From the NCBI GenBank assembly GCA_963776425.1, contig CAVZMG010000002.1, forward strand, positions 729,820 through 793,819: 64,000 bases of DNA, read 5' to 3'. The notes below the pieces were generated by a model, which searched no databases, was not told the DNA's origin, and saw only the letters and a program-made list of their open reading frames with translations. The translations under genes were made by a program, and so were the position numbers. Of this stretch, positions 58,967 to 64,000 are shown in pieces (within the stretch, counting starts at the first letter, position 1; each line of letters begins with the position of its first letter). Source of the DNA: an uncultured Actinomycetes bacterium. Its GTDB lineage: Bacteria > Actinomycetota > UBA4738 > HRBIN12.

Positions 58967-58992
58967 GATGGACCCGGCGAACCGGGCCCATC
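58967..58992 (-). terminator. Hairpin downstream of peptide 2
   Basis: Minus strand GATGGGCCCGG-TTCG-CCGGGTCCATC (UUCG loop, one G-U pair). Confidence 0.7.
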
Positions 58993-59018
58993 CAGGGGTG
59001 TGGCATATGCGGAGTGTC

Positions 59019-59156
59019 CTAGCGGGACAGCTTCTTGCGGCTGATCTTCTTGTGGCTGACCTTCTTCATGGTCTGCTTCTTGGTCACGCGAGCGGCGGGC
59101 TCCTCAGCGTTCCGGGCACCCTCCGGGGCCTTCGGCGAGATCTTCTTGTCTGCCAT
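59019..59156 (-). CDS. 45-aa Lys-rich repeat peptide 2: MADKKISPKAPEGARNAEEPAARVTKKQTMKKVSHKKISRKKLSR
   Basis: RBS GGAGGAGGTG; C-terminal part of ORF 59019..59312; paralog of peptide 1. Confidence 0.85.
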   Translation of the reverse strand: MADKKISPKAPEGARNAEEPAARVTKKQTMKKVSHKKISRKKLSR

Positions 59157-59249
59157 CTGGTTCACCTCCTCCGTCGCTCTCCGACCCTCTCGGGTCTCAC
59201 AGGGCCGTCTTCCGATGCCCGCATCATGCCGCAGGTCGTCGTGGCGGGT

Positions 59250-59335
59250 GGTGTCGCGCGTCACCAAGCGTTGGGTGCCCTCCATCACAAGAGGTTTTGT
59301 GACGTCCGACACGTCAGGTTGTGACGTGCGTCACA
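59250..59335. promoter_or_regulatory. Array of four CRP-type boxes upstream of peptide 2
   Basis: GGTGT-cgcgcg-TCACC (59250), GGTGC-cctcca-TCACA (59274), TGTGA-cgtccg-ACACG (59298), perfect TGTGA-cgtgcg-TCACA (59320); spacing 24/24/22 bp. Confidence 0.75.
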
Positions 59336-59543
59336 CATCGAGCTCCGGCAGATCGACGGGGTCGGGCCGGGGCGAGCAGGCGCCGCACGAGAGGGCGTCC
59401 TCCACCACGATCGCCCGCGATGTCTCCGTCGTCTTGAAGAGCTCCAGGATGTACGGCTGGGTCTGCGCATGGTCCTCGCAGACGCCCCGGCCGCAGAACC
59501 GACAGATGCCGACGGCGGTCCGGCGGCAATGCCAACAATCCAT
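59331..59543 (-). CDS. Small Zn-finger-like protein (DUF2180-like)
   Basis: MDCWHCRRTAVGICRFCGRGVCEDH...CGAC; GAGGGG RBS. Confidence 0.8.
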   Translation of the reverse strand: MDCWHCRRTAVGICRFCGRGVCEDHAQTQPYILELFKTTETSRAIVVEDALSCGACSPRPDPVDLPELDV

Positions 59544-59571
59544 CCTCAGGTCCCCTCTCGCGATGGCGGCG

Positions 59572-61851
59572 CTAATGCTGCCACGTTCTGCCCGATGCCG
59601 ACTTGAACGTGCCGCGCCGGAACGCATCGGCGATGACGGCGTCGAACCCCTCGCGATCCAAGCGGAAGGCTCGCATCGGCGTCCGCGCGACGATCGTCGC
59701 GGTCCGGGGCGAAGACCGCAGGAGGGCGATCTCTCCGAAGTAGGCCCCAGGGCCGAGCGTCGCGATGTGCTCCCCATCGCGGATCACATCGGCCTGGCCC
59801 GAACGGATCGCGTAGAAGGCGTCGGCGTCCTCTCCCTGCGTGATCAGTTCCCGGCCCGGGGCCGCGGTGATCCACCCGCCGTGCTCGAGCAGCACCGAGA
59901 GCGGTGCCGAGCCGAGCCCGGCGAACACCGGCAGTTCCCGGAGCTCCTGGAGTGTCTGCATGGTTGGGGCGAACTCGGGTGCATGGATCGAGTCGGCGAG
60001 GAGTCGATCGAACGTGCCCTTGTCCACCTCGAAGAGCTCGGTCTCATCGATCGCGCGTGCGGTCGCGGATCGCGGCGCCGCCTCGAGCAGACCGAGCTCC
60101 CCGAACGAGTCGCCGCGCGATAGGACCCGCAGGATCTGCGTGTCGCCGGTGTCCGGATCCTCTTCCTCGATCCCCACCCGACCGCGGCGAACGACGTAGA
60201 AACCCGTCGGCCGGTCGCCCTGGCGGAACACGGGCTGCAGGGCTCGGACGCTGCGCAGCGTGACACGGCCGGCCAGGTCGTTCAGGACGTCCACCGGGAG
60301 GTCGTCGAACGCGGGCAGCCCGTCGATCAGCTCGGCCGCCTCCACGCGCCACTTGGATTCGGTGCGGAACTGGATCCGTCGCCAGATCGCCTGGATCCGC
60401 CGGCCGACGACCCGGCCGAGCGCGATCGCGCCTCGCAGGGCAGGACCGAGGAGGAACAGGCTGAGCAAGATGAGAAGGAGTCGGGAGATCACGCCCCCGC
60501 TCCACAACGCGGAGATCAATCCGCCGAAGATCTCTTGCCAGAAGAAATATGCGGCTTTGAGCGACACGACCGTGAAGATGATCCCGACGATGGCGTAGCC
60601 GCCGAGCCCAAGTTCCTGCGGGGTGAGCCGCTCCCTCGTGCGCAGCTTGTGCCAGAGGTCGCGCTGGATGAACGCGAGGGACCGCGGCCGGAGATCCGGC
60701 ACCTGGATCAGATCCGACAAGATCCAATAGCCGTCCAGCTCCAACAGTGGGATGAGGTTGAGGAAGATCACCAGATAGTTGAGGACCGCGAACTTGTACA
60801 GCACCCCAGAGATCGCCGAATGGGGAAGGAGCAGGAGGTACAGGGAGGCGAGTCCGGCGAGGACGAGCTCGGCGAACGGGCCCGCGAACGACTGGACGAT
60901 CCGCTTGCCTCGATCCAGCATCAGCCCGTCCGAAGCCTCGACGAAGAACGCCGGTGAGCCGAAGTAGATCATGAAGCCCGCGCTCTTCACCCGCCGGTCG
61001 TAGTGGGTGAGCACGACCGCGTGACCGAGCTCGTGCGCGAACGTGAGCACGAACGAGAGCCCCAGGAGGATCAGCGATTCCGCCGGCGCCGAGGACCGGC
61101 CGAGGCTGAACCGTCCGCTCTGCTCCACGACGACGAACGCGACGAACCCACCGACCGCGATGACCCCGGCGACACTCGCCCCCGCTGGCGTGAAGACCCA
61201 GCGGAGGAGATGCTGGTACCACCACTTGACCAAACGATCCGCGCCGCTCCAGTCGATGGAGAGCGTTTTCGCGAAGGTACGAAGCTTCCGACGAACGGGT
61301 GACGCCGGGTCCAGATGCTCCCTGAGTGATTCCTCAACGTCTGGCGGATGGGGATCCAGGAAGCCTCCGGTCTGCAGGGCCATCACCAAGCCGGTGGCGG
61401 CGCCGGCGTCCAGATCGCCCTCTTCGTCCATCCGGTCGACGATGATGTCCGCCACGGTGCGAGTGCCGTCCATCAGCTCCAGGAGATCCGCCTCCCACGG
61501 CTCGAGCCGGAAGAACAACAGGGCGCGCGGGTTCGCGGCCATCGCATAGTCGTTGCCCCACCGCAGCGGGAATCGCTTGACCTCCACGTCATCGGCGAGC
61601 TTCGGACGGAAGCGCGCACCGTCGGTCCGTTCATCGAGGAGGTCCCAGAGCACCCCTTCCTCGGCAGGGGGCACGCGGAGGGCGGCGCCGACCGCCGCCC
61701 ACACGTCGATATCGCCGCGGGGGGCTGCCAATCGCGCGCTAAGGACCTGATCGATCCGCACGCGTCGTCGCCCGCGCGATCTGATCGCGCCGATCCCGAC
61801 CGCAGCCGCGGCCATGAGCGCCACGAGCCCCCACTGTCCGTCGATCTGCAT
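59572..61851 (-). CDS. RRE/PqqD-like domain + M50 intramembrane Zn metalloprotease + two cNMP-binding domains
   Basis: LLELMDGTRTVADI...LQTGGFL (wHTH); HELGH, FAGP, NLIPLLELDGYWIL (M50); FGELGLLEAAPRSAT and FGEIALLRSSPRTAT (cNMP cassettes). Confidence 0.88.
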   Translation of the reverse strand: MQIDGQWGLVALMAAAAVGIGAIRSRGRRRVRIDQVLSARLAAPRGDIDVWAAVGAALRVPPAEEGVLWDLLDERTDGARFRPKLADDVEVKRFPLRWGNDYAMAANPRALLFFRLEPWEADLLELMDGTRTVADIIVDRMDEEGDLDAGAATGLVMALQTGGFLDPHPPDVEESLREHLDPASPVRRKLRTFAKTLSIDWSGADRLVKWWYQHLLRWVFTPAGASVAGVIAVGGFVAFVVVEQSGRFSLGRSSAPAESLILLGLSFVLTFAHELGHAVVLTHYDRRVKSAGFMIYFGSPAFFVEASDGLMLDRGKRIVQSFAGPFAELVLAGLASLYLLLLPHSAISGVLYKFAVLNYLVIFLNLIPLLELDGYWILSDLIQVPDLRPRSLAFIQRDLWHKLRTRERLTPQELGLGGYAIVGIIFTVVSLKAAYFFWQEIFGGLISALWSGGVISRLLLILLSLFLLGPALRGAIALGRVVGRRIQAIWRRIQFRTESKWRVEAAELIDGLPAFDDLPVDVLNDLAGRVTLRSVRALQPVFRQGDRPTGFYVVRRGRVGIEEEDPDTGDTQILRVLSRGDSFGELGLLEAAPRSATARAIDETELFEVDKGTFDRLLADSIHAPEFAPTMQTLQELRELPVFAGLGSAPLSVLLEHGGWITAAPGRELITQGEDADAFYAIRSGQADVIRDGEHIATLGPGAYFGEIALLRSSPRTATIVARTPMRAFRLDREGFDAVIADAFRRGTFKSASGRTWQH

Positions 61852-61895
61852 CCCTCCCGACGCCGGACGCTAGCGCAAGCTGGCGGGCACCGTCG

Positions 61896-61956
61896 CGTGA
61901 CGGCCGTCACCCCGGGTGCGTGACGCATCCGTCGGTCGCGCGTGTCGCTCGTCATC
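61896..61956. promoter_or_regulatory. CRP-type boxes in the divergent promoter region
   Basis: CGTGA-cggccg-TCACC (61896), half-site CGTGACG (61919), CGTGT-cgctcg-TCATC (61941). Confidence 0.65.
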
Positions 61957-62014
61957 GGTGAGACCGGACGGTCGTTCTACGGTTCTGCTATCGGGCGAAC
62001 GGGAGGTGGCAGTG

Positions 62015-62221
62015 ATGCTGACAGGAGCGATGGCGAGGGAACAGATCCAGGACCGGGTTCGCGCAGGTGAGATGGCGCGGAGCGCCCGGATGGCACGCGG
62101 TCGCCGCGTCCGCGACCCGAGGAACGCCGTCCGATCGGTGGCGAGCGGGATGTTAGCCACCGTGTTCTCGATGCAGCGGACGGCGGCGGCAGCCCCGCGA
62201 GCGAGGACCACAACGGTCTGA
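62015..62221 (+). CDS. Small basic hypothetical protein (MLTGAMAREQIQDRVRAGE...)
   Basis: GGGAGGTGG RBS; TACGGT -10 at 61978. Confidence 0.6.
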   Translation: MLTGAMAREQIQDRVRAGEMARSARMARGRRVRDPRNAVRSVASGMLATVFSMQRTAAAAPRARTTTV

Positions 62222-62246
62222 GCGCCGCCGCTGCTAGCCTCGCGGC

Positions 62247-62942
62247 GTGCGGGTCGACATCTTCACGATCTTCCCCGGCATCTTCGAGGGTCCACTGCGG
62301 GAGAGCCTCCTGGGGCGGGCGATCGACGCGGGGATCCTCGATGTTCGCCTCCACGACATCCGCGACCACGCCGGCAACCGCCATCGGCAGGTGGATGACG
62401 AACCGTTCGGCGGCGGACCCGGGATGGTGATGAAGCCTGAACCCATCTTCGCTGCGGTCGGATCGCTCGGACGGACGAGGGGCCGCACGATCCTCCTGTC
62501 TCCCGCGGGTCGCCGGCTCGATCAGGCTCTCGTCCGCGAACTGGCATCAGAGCCGTGGATCGTGCTCGTCTGCGGCCGGTACGAGGGTGTCGACGAGCGG
62601 GTGGTCGAGGGGTTGCCGGCGGAAGAGGTATCCATCGGCGACTACGTGCTCTCGGGTGGAGAGGTTCCCGCCCTCGTGATGCTCGAGGCGATCTCGCGCC
62701 TCGTTCCCGGCGTGATCGGGACCGACGAGTCGCACGAGCAGGATTCGTTCGGCGCCGAGGGCATCTTGGATCATCCGCACTACACGCGCCCGCGGCGCTT
62801 CGAGGGTATGGACGTCCCCGAGGTGCTCCTGTCGGGCGATCACGCCGAGATCGAGCGGTGGCGACGTGCCGAAGCGCTCGAGAAGACCCGTCGCGTGCGG
62901 CCCGACCTGCTGGGAGGCCCGGACGCGCCATCGGGACCGTGA
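62247..62942 (+). CDS. trmD: tRNA (guanine-N1)-methyltransferase
   Basis: [42 protein letters not shown]. Confidence 0.97.
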   Translation: MRVDIFTIFPGIFEGPLRESLLGRAIDAGILDVRLHDIRDHAGNRHRQVDDEPFGGGPGMVMKPEPIFAAVGSLGRTRGRTILLSPAGRRLDQALVRELASEPWIVLVCGRYEGVDERVVEGLPAEEVSIGDYVLSGGEVPALVMLEAISRLVPGVIGTDESHEQDSFGAEGILDHPHYTRPRRFEGMDVPEVLLSGDHAEIERWRRAEALEKTRRVRPDLLGGPDAPSGP

Positions 62943-62974
62943 GAGGGCGACTGGTACAATCGCCAACCGTTGTC

Positions 62975-63526
62975 ATGAACAAGACCGACCTCGTCGAGCA
63001 GCCGTTCCTCCGCTCGGATATCCCGGACTTCCGCCCAGGCGACACCGTGAAGGTGCACGTCCGGGTGGTGGAAGGGACCCGCGAGCGCGTTCAGGTGTTC
63101 CAGGGCGTCGTGATCCGCCGGCAGAACGGTGGGCTCCGCGAAACGTTCACCGTGCGGAAGATCTCGTTCGGGGTTGGCGTGGAGCGCACGTTCCCGCTTC
63201 ACTCGCCATCCATCGCCAAGCTCGAAGTGGTATCGCGAGGCCGGGTCCGACGCGCGAAGCTCTACTACCTGCGTGATCTGCGCGGGAAGAAGGCTCGGAT
63301 CAAGGAGCGCCGGATCGACGACGCGAAGCTGGCGGCGATGGAAGCAGCCGCACTCGCGCTCCAGGAGACCGACGTGGACGAGCCCGAAGAGACCGACGTC
63401 CAGGAGACGACCGACGCCGAGATCGCCGGTGAGATGACGGCCGACATCGAAGGCCCCGCCGAAGCTGTCGACGGCGCGGATGACGGAACCACCGCCGAGC
63501 CGGCGGAGGAGAAGGCCGAGGGCTGA
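62975..63526 (+). CDS. rplS: 50S ribosomal protein L19 with acidic tail
   Basis: [36 protein letters not shown]. Confidence 0.97.
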   Translation: MNKTDLVEQPFLRSDIPDFRPGDTVKVHVRVVEGTRERVQVFQGVVIRRQNGGLRETFTVRKISFGVGVERTFPLHSPSIAKLEVVSRGRVRRAKLYYLRDLRGKKARIKERRIDDAKLAAMEAAALALQETDVDEPEETDVQETTDAEIAGEMTADIEGPAEAVDGADDGTTAEPAEEKAEG

Positions 63527-63530
63527 CCAG

Positions 63531-64000
63531 GTGGGCGAAGGCCCGTCGGGATCGTCCGAACCGCTCGTCCACAGCCACCCGCTCGAACCGACCGAGGAGC
63601 CCGCACATCCGCCTGCCTCCGGCGCGTCCCATCGACACGACGACGGCGCATGGCGGTTCCTCCGAGAGCTCGGGGTGCTCACGCTCTCGGCGCTCCTCAT
63701 CGCGATCATCATCAAGACGTTCCTCGTCCAGGCGTTCTACATCCCGTCCGGGTCGATGGAACCGACCCTCATGCCGAACGACCGGATCCTCGTCAACCGG
63801 CTCGCGTATCGGTTCGGGGATATCGAGCGTGGGGACATCATCGTGTTCGCCGATCCCACGCCGTCGCCTCAGCACCGAGGGCTGCTCGGCGGCTTCGCCC
63901 ATTGGCTCGGCGAGGGGATCGGGGTCGTGCGTCCTTCGGACGACGACTTCATCAAGCGGGTGATCGCGTTGCCGGGTGAGACGTGGGAGATCCGAGACGG
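63531..64000 (+). CDS. lepB: Signal peptidase I (3'-truncated by window edge)
   Basis: KTFLVQAFYIPSGSMEPTL, DRILVNR, RGDIIVF, FIKRVI. Confidence 0.93.
   Translation, partial: MGEGPSGSSEPLVHSHPLEPTEEPAHPPASGASHRHDDGAWRFLRELGVLTLSALLIAIIIKTFLVQAFYIPSGSMEPTLMPNDRILVNRLAYRFGDIERGDIIVFADPTPSPQHRGLLGGFAHWLGEGIGVVRPSDDDFIKRVIALPGETWEIRD

Noticed and set aside
59157-59312. 97-aa version of peptide 2 (ORF 59019..59312)
   Set aside because: The strong SD and homology to peptide 1 place the start at 59156; the extension runs through operator DNA
59250-59335. 22-24-bp periodic repeats as iterons or a mini-CRISPR
   Set aside because: Units are palindromic CRP-type boxes with ~8-bp gaps, and no rep or cas gene is nearby
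1-64000. CRISPR array, integrase, transposase, rRNA, SRP RNA
   Set aside because: No regularly spaced repeats with spacers, recombinase motifs or recognisable RNA signatures seen by eye

Overview
High-GC actinobacterial chromosome segment. It carries a conserved core run (gltX, tRNA-Glu/Gln, ppk, HU, cofC, ddl, thiL/thiD, rpmB, recG-rsmD-coaD-rpmF-rnc-fpg-smc-ftsY-ffh-rpsP-khpA-rimM//trmD-rplS-lepB), a catabolic cluster at 1-12.4 kb (two P450s, GS-like ligase, GATase, FAH/ADC enzymes) and several accessory inserts. The most striking locus is a ~4.3-kb insert between rimM and trmD (57.9-62.2 kb). It encodes a Crp/Fnr regulator, two tandem Lys-rich repeat peptides (MA[ED]KKISPK...(KK[VIL]S[RH])n), a small Zn-finger protein, a membrane M50 metalloprotease fused to an RRE/PqqD-like domain and two cNMP-binding domains, and a divergent small ORF. 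Arrays of a GTGACG-NN-CGTCAC CRP-type palindrome lie in its promoter regions. I infer a cyclic-nucleotide-controlled peptide/protease system. Other points: a 19-bp CTAG-flanked palindrome recurring at convergent gene junctions, a P450 with a QE I-helix, an Fpg lacking its catalytic Pro, and several frameshifts (including in ftsY) that look like sequencing errors. All calls come from reading motifs by eye; no database searches were run.
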